From Candidatus Tectimicrobiota bacterium (lineage in GTDB: Bacteria > JACPUC01), in the NCBI GenBank assembly GCA_016192455.1, contig JACPUC010000016.1:1-64000 (forward strand): a stretch of DNA of 64,000 nt, read 5' to 3'. Under the pieces are notes generated by a model, which saw nothing but the letters and a program-made list of their open reading frames with translations, did not search any database and was not told where the DNA came from. The number at the start of each line of letters is the position of its first letter. Positions within the stretch are counted from its first letter, which is position 1. The translations under genes were made by a program, and so were the position numbers. Positions 19,873 to 28,633 of this stretch are shown piece after piece.

Positions 19873-21648
19873 ATGCCCAGAACGATCGCAAAGAAGGCAG
19901 GATCAGCGAGCCGGGCGCGGGCGAGCGGCGTTGCGCAGCCCACGACGGTGGCGGTGGAGACCACCGCGCAGGCGTACCTCGAACTGCTGCGCGACCGCGG
20001 CGTCGAGTACGTCTTCGCCAATGGCGGGACGGATTTCGCCTCGATCGTGGACGCGTTCGCCAAGATGGCGACGGAGAAGAAGGAGACCCCCCGGCCCATC
20101 ACCGTGCCGCACGAGGCGACCGCGGTGAGCATGGCGCACGGGTACTACCTGGCGACCGGCCGGCCGCAGGTGGTGATGGTGCACGTCATCGTCGGCGCCG
20201 CGAACGCCTCGGGCTCCATCATGAACGCGGCGCGGGCGCGCGTGCCGATCATCTTCTCCGCCGGCCGCAACCCGCTCACCGAGGAGGGCCTGCCGGGCTG
20301 CCGCAACCGCCCCATCCACTGGGCGCAGGAGTCTTTCGATCAGGGGAACCTGCTGCGCGAGTTCACGAAATGGGACTACGAGTTGCGCAGCAGCCTGCAG
20401 CTCCAGTCGGTGGTGGACCGCGCCCTGGCGATCGCTATGCAGGAACCGCGCGGGCCGGTCTACCTCACCCTGCCGCGCGAAGTCCTGGCCGAGCGCCTGC
20501 ACGGCTTCACCCTGACGCCGTTCCGCCAGCAGACGAACGGGCTCCTCTACCCCGATCCCGACTGCATCGCCGAAGCCGCGAAGCTGCTGGCGAAGGCCAA
20601 AAATCCCCTCGTTATCGCGCAGGCGATCGGGCGCGACCCCGCCGCGGTGCCGCAGCTCGTCGAATTGGCGGAGCTGTTCGGCCTGCCGGTGGTCGAGATG
20701 CACCGCTACACCATGAACTTCCCCACCACCCACCCGCTGCACCTCGGCTTCGATCCCGATCCCTTCCTGGATGAGGCGGACGTCATCCTGGTGCTCGACG
20801 CGGATGTGCCGTGGTTTCCCTGCGTCAAGAAGCCGAAGGAGAGCGCGCGCGTCATCCAGCTCGGCGTGGACCCGCTCTTCTCCCGCTACCCCATTCGCGG
20901 CTTCCCGGTCGATGTGCCCTTGCAGTGCGACGGCCGCGTCGGCCTCCAGGCGCTTGTCGCGGAGCTGCGGCGGTACGCGCCGGGGGCGGCGCGGGCAATC
21001 GAGGCGCGCGCCAAGCGCCTGCGCGCCGAGCACGATCGGCAACGCGCCACCTGGGCGGCCGCGGTGCGCAAGGTCGCCAAGGACGCGCCGCTCGACTTCG
21101 CCTGGGTCGGCCACTGCATCAACGAGGTGAAGCAGGAGCAGGATATCGTCGTCAACGAGTACGACCTCATGCCCACCGTGGCGGAGTTCACCGCTCCGGG
21201 CACCTACTTCGGGCTCTCCCCGAGCGGCGGCCTCGGCTGGGGTCTCGGCGCGGCGCTGGGGATCAAGCTCGCCCTCCCGGAACGCACCGTGATCGCCGCG
21301 GTCGGCGACGGCAGCTACATGTTCAACAACCCCACGCCCGCCCACTTCGTCGCGCGCGCCCAGAACCTGCCGATCCTGGTGGTCATCTTCAACAACCAGT
21401 GCTGGCGGGCCGTGAAGAATGCGCACCTGTCGGTACACCCGGACGGCTGGCCGAGCGCGTCGAATAACTTCCCGCTCTGCAACCTCGACCCATCCCCCGA
21501 CTATGAGAAGATTGTCGGGGCGCACGGCGGCTACGGCGAGCGTGTGGAAACTCCCGACCAGGTGATTCCGGCGCTGCGGCGGGGACTGCGCGCGGTGCAG
21601 GAGGAGGGGAGGCAAGCCGTCCTGCACATGGTGTGCAAGCACGCCTGA
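19873..21648 (+). CDS. Thiamine pyrophosphate-dependent enzyme (ALS/benzoylformate decarboxylase superfamily)
   Basis: VFANGGTDF, PHEATAVSMAHG (catalytic Glu), and GDGSY...NN TPP-binding motif. Confidence 0.9.
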   Translation: MPRTIAKKAGSASRARASGVAQPTTVAVETTAQAYLELLRDRGVEYVFANGGTDFASIVDAFAKMATEKKETPRPITVPHEATAVSMAHGYYLATGRPQVVMVHVIVGAANASGSIMNAARARVPIIFSAGRNPLTEEGLPGCRNRPIHWAQESFDQGNLLREFTKWDYELRSSLQLQSVVDRALAIAMQEPRGPVYLTLPREVLAERLHGFTLTPFRQQTNGLLYPDPDCIAEAAKLLAKAKNPLVIAQAIGRDPAAVPQLVELAELFGLPVVEMHRYTMNFPTTHPLHLGFDPDPFLDEADVILVLDADVPWFPCVKKPKESARVIQLGVDPLFSRYPIRGFPVDVPLQCDGRVGLQALVAELRRYAPGAARAIEARAKRLRAEHDRQRATWAAAVRKVAKDAPLDFAWVGHCINEVKQEQDIVVNEYDLMPTVAEFTAPGTYFGLSPSGGLGWGLGAALGIKLALPERTVIAAVGDGSYMFNNPTPAHFVARAQNLPILVVIFNNQCWRAVKNAHLSVHPDGWPSASNNFPLCNLDPSPDYEKIVGAHGGYGERVETPDQVIPALRRGLRAVQEEGRQAVLHMVCKHA

Positions 21649-22259
21649 CACGCGCCGCCCGCCGTCAGAGGAGGGGCTGGTCGGTGGCCGCCCTGGCCCG
21701 TCACTATGGCGGGCCGGCAGGCTCGGACCCCCTCGGAGCGGCAGACCCGATCGGCGCGAGGTCGAACGCTGCCGGAGAAGCCTTCCTCTCACTCCAGCAA
21801 AGGGGAGAGGCGGCGGGTGCAACGGAAGGTCCGCGCCTGGACGCGAGCGGCCGCGTGGAGAGGCAGGTAACGAGGCGCCTTGCGGTCCCGGCGAGCGCCA
21901 GGCGGAGACCCCCGCGCGAGCGCGAAGCGTCCACCGGCCGCCTCCCGGCGGCCATTTTGTTCCCGGCGGACCGGTGGGCGGAAGTGACGCCAAGCGAACG
22001 AGGAGTGACGCATGGCTTGCGCGCACGGCTTCTTCGACATGGGCTGACGTGCTGCCGCTGGCACCCATGCAGCCGTCGAACAGGGAACACCGCGGGGTCC
22101 CGGCGCGTTTGAGCCCCAGACGCTCCTTCGCGGTGCGCGCGCTTCGTCTCACTGCTCAACGGGGTGGTACCGCGCAGACTTCCGGGGAATGCAGGTGTGG
22201 CAGGCACCTGGTTCTAGGCGCCCGCCGGCACACCACTTCATAACTCAAGGGGTACGGCG

Positions 22260-23285
22260 ATGACGCTGCCTATGGGGGTGACGATTTCAGATCACTACGA
22301 GATGACGATTCAGGATATGGTCGAGTATGCCCAGCTCGCCGAGGAGTTGGGATATGACGGGTTCTGGTTGACGGAAGATAATACGAAAGACGCCTTCGTG
22401 GTCCTCGGCGTCATCGCCGGCCAGACCAAGCGCATTCGCCTCGGCACCGGCATCGTCAACATCTACTCCCGCACCCCGACGACCCTGGCCCTCAGCGCCT
22501 CCACCGTCGCCAACGCCGCGAAGGGCCGCTTCTTCCTCGCTTTGGGAACGGGCGGAGTGGGGTTCATGACGCGGGGCCATGGCATCAAGATCGAGAAGCC
22601 TCTCCAGCGCATGCGCGAGTATGTCTCCATCATCCGCCGGCTTATCGCGGGCGAACGGGTCTCCCACGACAGCGAGCTCTTCCACATCGAGCAGTTCCAC
22701 CTTCGTCAACCGGCGAAAGACGCCGAGGTCCCCATCTACGTCTCGGCCCTGAACGAAAAGATGACGCAGTTGGCCGGCGAGATCGGGGACGGCGTCTACA
22801 TGAACTTCATCTGGGATCGCTACGTCAAGGATGTCGTCCGGCCGCGCCTGGAAGCCGGGCGGGCCCGCGCCGCGCAGCCGCGCGACAACCGCACCATCTA
22901 CACGCTCGCCATCGCGCCGGTGCAGTCCGACGACCCTGCGGCCTTCGAGCGGGTGCAGCGCCGGGTGACCTTCTACTGCGCCTCCGAGCACTACCACCGG
23001 GTCTGCGAGGCGGGGGGGTTCCTGAAGGAAGCGCAGCGCATCAAGGAGACCTGGGAGGGCGGCGATCAGGAGGGCGCCACGGCGATGGTAACGCCGCAGA
23101 TGGCCGAGGCGTTCACCCTCTACGGCCCGCGCGAGCGCGTGGAGCTGAAGCTGCGCCGCTACGCCGACGCCGGCATCTACCCGGTCGTCTACCCCGTGCC
23201 GCGCCACGGGCGGACGAAGCGCGACTACCTCGACGCCATCACCTACATGGCCGACTATGCGCGGGGCGCCGGCATCGAGCGCTGA
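22260..23285 (+). CDS. LLM-class flavin/F420-dependent oxidoreductase
   Basis: AEELGYDGFWLTE, TKRIRLGTGIVNIYSRTP, GRFFLALGTG and PIYVSAL...LAGEIGDG. Confidence 0.88.
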   Translation: MTLPMGVTISDHYEMTIQDMVEYAQLAEELGYDGFWLTEDNTKDAFVVLGVIAGQTKRIRLGTGIVNIYSRTPTTLALSASTVANAAKGRFFLALGTGGVGFMTRGHGIKIEKPLQRMREYVSIIRRLIAGERVSHDSELFHIEQFHLRQPAKDAEVPIYVSALNEKMTQLAGEIGDGVYMNFIWDRYVKDVVRPRLEAGRARAAQPRDNRTIYTLAIAPVQSDDPAAFERVQRRVTFYCASEHYHRVCEAGGFLKEAQRIKETWEGGDQEGATAMVTPQMAEAFTLYGPRERVELKLRRYADAGIYPVVYPVPRHGRTKRDYLDAITYMADYARGAGIER

Positions 23286-23405
23286 GCCCTCCGCCGCCCG
23301 CGCCGCCGCGTCAGGCTGCGTCGCCGCACCCGCCGGGGTGGCGGTTGGAGCGCGGCGCCGGCCCCGGCGGTGTCTCCTACCTGTTGCAAGAAGGGTTTGA
23401 TCACG

Positions 23406-23888
23406 ATGGGTGCAACGTACGACGAGCTCGAAATCGGCAAGACCTTCCTCTCCAACCCGGTCACCCTGACGATGGCCCACACCCTGCTCCTGGGCAGCCT
23501 CATCCATAACTGGCATCCGTCGCACATCAATCAGGACTACGCCTCCCGCGGCCCGTTCGGGAAGGTGATCATGCACGGCGAGTTGACGCACAGCCTGACG
23601 GTGGGCGAGTTCTCGAAGATACTCTTTGATACGAGCCTTGGTCAGCTTGGCGCCAGCTACCGCCTCACTGCCCCCGTCTTCGAGGGGGATACGATCTATA
23701 CGGAGATCGTGGTCAAAGAGAAGCGGCCCAGCAAGAAGCGCAGCGGCGGCGTCGTCACCTTCGGCATGACGGCCTACAAGCAGGACGGCACCATTGTGTC
23801 GGAAGGCGAGGCGACGTTCCTGGTGGGGAACGAGCGCATTCAGGTGTACTCGCCGCACACCCCCGCCGGCAAGGCGCGGGCCTCCTGA
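23406..23888 (+). CDS. MaoC-family (hotdog) dehydratase
   Basis: YDELEIG, NWHPSH...YA...FGKVIMHG and PVFEGDTI. Confidence 0.85.
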   Translation: MGATYDELEIGKTFLSNPVTLTMAHTLLLGSLIHNWHPSHINQDYASRGPFGKVIMHGELTHSLTVGEFSKILFDTSLGQLGASYRLTAPVFEGDTIYTEIVVKEKRPSKKRSGGVVTFGMTAYKQDGTIVSEGEATFLVGNERIQVYSPHTPAGKARAS

Positions 23889-24141
23889 AGCCTCCCGGGG
23901 GACCTGCAAAGAGAAGCCGCGCGCAACGTGACGCTCGGATGACCCAGGTGGTGCGGAACTTTTTCGGGGCGACCCTTGATCCCCCAGACCTCCTGGCAGC
24001 GCGAGGGATCCGCATTCGCGCGGCGGGAGTGCGTCTGCCTGCGCCTGCCTCCGCCGCCCCGGCGGACAGGCGCTCCGCCAGGGTGGGTGAGAGGCCACAG
24101 CACTCGCGCCAGGACTGCAACCTGGAGGCGCGTCACGCCGC

Positions 24142-25323
24142 TCACGGCAGCCGCACGTAGGCGCCGTCCTTGATCATGAAGACGTAGCGCTCCTTGTCCG
24201 CATCGCCATCCGCCCGGATGTCGGTGACCCCCGTGATGCCCTGGAAGCCTTTCAGGTTCGTCAGGTAGCGCATGAGGCGCTCGCGATCCTGCTCGAGGTC
24301 CTCCGGCCGGTTCGTCACGCCGCTGTCGCGCAGCGCCTGGGCCAGCATGAGGACGGTGTCGTAGTGGCTGGCGCTGTAGTGGGGGGGATCGCTCGTCGTC
24401 GCGTCGCGGAAGCGTTGGATGAAGCGCTGGGCGCGGGGATCGGGGTTCTCCAGCCAGAAGTAGCTCGGCAGAACCGCGCCGTTTCCAGCCGCGCCGACGC
24501 GTTGCGGCAGCATCCCGGTGCTGGCGCTGATCCCCATGACGATCGGCTGCGTCACCCCTTGGCGGCGCAGCTCGCGGATGATGTGCACAGTCTCGTTCTG
24601 CATGGCGTTCACCACCAGAGCATCCGGATTCGCGGCCTTCACCTTGGTGACCTGCCCGGCAAAGTCGATGTCTCCCGTGCCGTGCGTCGTCGTGGCGATG
24701 ATCGTGACGCCGCGCGCCTCCAAGAGCGACGGGAAGACCTGTGTGCCCTCCGATTTGGCGATGATCGCTTTGTTGTCATACATGATCGCCGCCGTCTTGA
24801 CCCCAGGGTAGAGCTTCAGGAAGCGCTCGATCACCGGGCCGATGGTGCGGTCACTCGTCATGACGTTACGGAACGTCCAGGGGCGGTTCTCGGCGGCGAT
24901 CCCCGGCGCCGCCGAGACGCTCGAGATGGCGACGATCTTGCTCCGGTTGGCGACGGGGAAGAGGACGCGGCTTTCGGTGCTGAAGTACGGCCCCAGGATC
25001 GCCAGCACCTTGTCCTGCGTGATGAGTCGATTGGCGGCGCGGATGGCCTCTTCCGGTTTGCTGGCGCTGTCGTAACGGATGAAGCGCAGCGGCAGCCCAT
25101 GGATGCCCCCCGCGGCGGTGAGATCGTCGAGCGCGAACTGCAGCGCATACTCGTTCGCCTTGGCGAACTCCGCCCCAAAGCCGGTGATGGGAGAGATCCA
25201 GCCGAGGGTGAAGGCGTCACCGGCAGGCTTTGCGACGGCGCCCTGCGACTTCGCCCCGGCACTGCCCAGCAGGAGGATGCCGGCCAGGAGACAGCAGAGA
25301 CTGGCGAGTGCATGGTTCTTCAC
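24142..25323 (-). CDS. Branched-chain amino-acid-type (LivJ-like) ABC substrate-binding protein
   Basis: Signal peptide, LGWISPITG, GGIHGLPL...YDSASKP, DFAGQVTKVKAANPD and FQGITG. Orphan, with no permeases adjacent. Confidence 0.85.
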   Translation of the reverse strand: MKNHALASLCCLLAGILLLGSAGAKSQGAVAKPAGDAFTLGWISPITGFGAEFAKANEYALQFALDDLTAAGGIHGLPLRFIRYDSASKPEEAIRAANRLITQDKVLAILGPYFSTESRVLFPVANRSKIVAISSVSAAPGIAAENRPWTFRNVMTSDRTIGPVIERFLKLYPGVKTAAIMYDNKAIIAKSEGTQVFPSLLEARGVTIIATTTHGTGDIDFAGQVTKVKAANPDALVVNAMQNETVHIIRELRRQGVTQPIVMGISASTGMLPQRVGAAGNGAVLPSYFWLENPDPRAQRFIQRFRDATTSDPPHYSASHYDTVLMLAQALRDSGVTNRPEDLEQDRERLMRYLTNLKGFQGITGVTDIRADGDADKERYVFMIKDGAYVRLP

Positions 25324-26276
25324 GAGGCGCTCCTTTCGTCGAATTCGCCGCGGCTGGGGGAGATGGAGCCGGCTGGGGAAGAGGGTGCGACCCTCCTGAG
25401 AGGTGGCGGAGGGCTTCTGCCGCGGCAGCGCGCGGCTGCGCCGAGGACGCGGCCGCGTCGACCCGGGCGGGGGCTCTCTTAAGCCAGGGCTGCCCTTCCG
25501 GGGCGCCCTCTCAGAGTCGGGCCTTCGCAGCACCGGCGAGGAACCCGCACTTTATGCCTCAGCCTCTCTGGGCGTGGTAACCTGAGCCTGGCAACTCTGG
25601 CGTTGGAGAACGCCGCCGAAACCGCGACGGTGCCGCAAGGGGCGGGCCGGCACGATCGTCGTATCCCCACACCCCTGCCGCTGCGGCGTGACGACCTGCC
25701 GCTGTCCTGGCGCACTCACCCCGGCGCTTTCCAGACGCTCCGGCCCCAGCCGCGCACCACCAGCGCCAACGCAAGAACCGCGCAACCCGGCGTTCCTTCC
25801 CGCCTCGCGACAGAACGGTGCTCTCCGGCGCAGGAGAGAATTTTTTTCGCCTGGCCCGGCAGAATTTTGCTTCCTATCGTGTTGAGGCTCTCTATATAAT
25901 TAGAACAAGGGATACTTGAGTTTCCCCGGCTGTTCTTCGTGGGAGGGGTAAGGTAACGGTCAGAGTTCAAGATTGGTCTTGGAAGTCAACCCCACCAGCG
26001 GTCACGCAAGGTGTCCTGCGAAGATAGCGAGGTGTCTCCCTTGGAGGGTTTGTTGCGAGACCTGGCGGCCGGGAGCGGCCGACACCGACTCGAGTGCTCC
26101 CACGTCCGTACGCCAAGGAGGTCAAGCCGGGATCTTCCTTCGTCACCGGCGTGACCAGACGTCGTGAGCATCTGGGCAAGAGTGTTGAGTGCCGTCTAAC
26201 TCCGGCGGGGGGGTTCCGCTTCCCCACGTGGTTAGGGGCGTTCAGGTCGCAGGTAAGTGCCGTGTTCATCCTTGGA

Positions 26277-26678
26277 GTGAAGTCGAGTGGCTTCAGCCGC
26301 AGCCATGAATGTCCGCACTGCGGCAGCAGCAGTGTTTCGCGCTCCCATCGCACCCGCCGTGATTACCTCCTCTATGCGTATCGGGTGGCTCGCCTGATGC
26401 GTCCCTATCGCTGTCGTCGCTGCCACACCCGATTCTGGCAGCCGACCATGTCGCGGCGTCGCCTGATCGTCACCTACGTGGGGATCGTCGTGGTCTGTCT
26501 CCTCGCGGCCTTTGGCTCCTTCATGGTTTCGGATCAGTCTTCGACGATCTCGGCTGGCGCGTTCCGCTCGCTCGTCAGCCAAGAGGTCGAGAACCTTGCC
26601 GCTCCGGCTGCCGCGACTGCCCCGGGCGCTCCGGCCACTCCCGCGGTTCAACCGGCGGCGGCGCCGGCGAAACCTTAG
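26277..26678 (+). CDS. Small Zn-ribbon membrane protein (hypothetical)
   Basis: CPHCGSSSVSRSH...RPYRCRRCHTRFW followed by one TM and an Ala/Pro tail. The start is uncertain. Confidence 0.65.
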   Translation: MKSSGFSRSHECPHCGSSSVSRSHRTRRDYLLYAYRVARLMRPYRCRRCHTRFWQPTMSRRRLIVTYVGIVVVCLLAAFGSFMVSDQSSTISAGAFRSLVSQEVENLAAPAAATAPGAPATPAVQPAAAPAKP

Positions 26679-26765
26679 CAGAGCCGCGGCAGCCCGAGCT
26701 GCTGGCGCCGCGGCGTTCCTCCTCCTGGGTGGAGGCCTCATTCGTCGCCGCAGCATGGCGGTGAG

Positions 26766-28433
26766 TTACGAGCCGCTCTTCGCTCCGGCCGCGGCGAGCC
26801 TCGTCTGGATGTCTCTGCGCAGGGCGTTCTTGTCCACCTTGCCGATATTGGTGAGGGGAAAGTTCTCCACATACTCAAGGCGCTCGGGGAGTTTGAACTT
26901 GGCGATGCCCTTGCCGATGAGGAACGTCCCCAGCTCGCTCAGCGAGGGGCGCGCCGCGCCGCGTGGGATCACGTAGGCGCACACTCTCTCTCCGAAACGG
27001 GCGTCCGGCATGCCGACCACGGCGACATCCTCCACCGCCTCGTGAGTCAGCAGCAGCTCCTCCACCTCGACCGCGCTGATGTTCTCCCCGCCTCGAATGA
27101 TGACATCCTTCTTGCGACCGGTGATCTGTAGGTAGCCCTCCGGCGTGAACCGCGCCATGTCGCCGGTGCAGAGGAAGCCATCCGGTGTGAAGGCGGTGCG
27201 ATTCACCTCGGGAACCCGGTAGTAGCCGCGGATGGTATGCGGGCAGCGCCACAGGAGCTCCCCCTCCGCACCGGGCGCCACCGGATTCCCATCATCATCA
27301 ACGATCCGCAGCTCTGCCTCGGGGCTGTCTGGCCGTCCCACAGTGGTGGCGCTCACCTCAAAGGGGTCCTCCGGGCGCGTCGTGCTGATGGGTCCCTCAG
27401 CCATCCCGAAGGTGTTGAGCGTCACCGCCCCCATCTTCTCCTTCAACCCCCGCACCAGCTCCTCCGCGACGTGCGCGGCGCCGCAACAGACATGGCGGAA
27501 GGAGGAGAAATCCGTGCTGCCGAGAGCTGGGGATTCCAGCATCGCCACGACCTGGGTGGGCACGAAGATGGAGGTGGAGATGCGCTCGCGCTCGATCAGC
27601 TCGAAGGTCGCCTCGGCGGTGAAGTGATCCAGGAGCACCAGCTTGGCGCCCTGGTACACGGAGATCATGAGGCCGCCAAGGAGGGCGGCGTTGTGAGCAA
27701 TCGGCGTGATCGCCAGGTACGAGGTGGTATGATCCCGCCGCCAAGTCGCGCCCCAGTCGCGGGCATTGCAGATGTAGTCGTTATGGGTGCGTGGCACCAG
27801 CTTCGGGTCGGCCGTGGTGCCGCCCGTGGTCAGGAGCACGGCAACATCCATGGGGTCCGGACGCAGCGCAGCCAAGCACGAGGCGGCGTTGGAGCCGCCG
27901 CGGCTTGCGTGGGTGAGCATCCGGCGCACATCGACCCAGCCCGCCGGCACCTCGTCACCCACCATGATGAGGTGGGCGAGGCTCGGCACCTGCCGGCGAA
28001 TCTCGGCGGCCAACGGCGCGTAGTCGAAGCGCCGGAAGTGATCAGGCATCACCAGGGCCACCGCCTCGCTAAGCCGGCCCATGTAGATGAGCTCGCGCTG
28101 CCGGTGCGGCGGCAGGGCCATGACGCTGATGGCCCCCATCTTGGCGAGCGCGAAGTAGAGGATCTCGAACTCCGCCCAGTTGGGAAGCTGCACCAGGACG
28201 CGATCGCCCCTGCCGATCCCCAGCTCGGCGAGCTGCAGGGCGAGGCGGTTAGCCGCATCACGGAGCCCTGCGTAGGTAAGGCGTTGGCGGTGGTCCACCA
28301 CTGCTTCCGCGGCCGGGGAGCGCGCCGCCGCGGCATCGAGCAGATCGCCCAGCGTCCGCTGCTCCCAGAAGCCCTTCTCCACGTAGGCTCGTGCCAGCTC
28401 CGCGGGATAGGGAGTGACCCCGTCGAGTGCCAC
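26766..28433 (-). CDS. AMP-binding enzyme (2,3-dihydroxybenzoate-AMP / aryl- or cyclohexanecarboxylate-CoA ligase-like)
   Basis: TTGGTTADPK.VPRTHNDY, FGMAEG, TGD, GRKKDVIIRGGENI, KFKLPE and GKVDK. Confidence 0.88.
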   Translation of the reverse strand: MALDGVTPYPAELARAYVEKGFWEQRTLGDLLDAAAARSPAAEAVVDHRQRLTYAGLRDAANRLALQLAELGIGRGDRVLVQLPNWAEFEILYFALAKMGAISVMALPPHRQRELIYMGRLSEAVALVMPDHFRRFDYAPLAAEIRRQVPSLAHLIMVGDEVPAGWVDVRRMLTHASRGGSNAASCLAALRPDPMDVAVLLTTGGTTADPKLVPRTHNDYICNARDWGATWRRDHTTSYLAITPIAHNAALLGGLMISVYQGAKLVLLDHFTAEATFELIERERISTSIFVPTQVVAMLESPALGSTDFSSFRHVCCGAAHVAEELVRGLKEKMGAVTLNTFGMAEGPISTTRPEDPFEVSATTVGRPDSPEAELRIVDDDGNPVAPGAEGELLWRCPHTIRGYYRVPEVNRTAFTPDGFLCTGDMARFTPEGYLQITGRKKDVIIRGGENISAVEVEELLLTHEAVEDVAVVGMPDARFGERVCAYVIPRGAARPSLSELGTFLIGKGIAKFKLPERLEYVENFPLTNIGKVDKNALRRDIQTRLAAAGAKSGS

Positions 28434-28633
28434 GCTGCTTCCCTCCTACGCTCCCTGCCACCTTGCCTGTTGCCGGGGGGAACTTCTTCCCATCATACCG
28501 AAAGGGGCGGAGAATAGGTAGTCGGGCCGCGGGGACGGGGGAAAGGGTTCGGAGGAGCAGGAGCCCTCAACGGCTGGGCAGGGGGCGCGGTGCGATAGCG
28601 CCTAGGGAAGGAGCTGTTGATGACACGGCTGCG

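Noticed and set aside
22059-22073. sigma54 promoter upstream of the LLM gene (TGGCACCCATGCAGC)
   Set aside because: GG-N10-GC spacing is right but the TT before GC is missing. This is a likely chance hit in GC-rich DNA.
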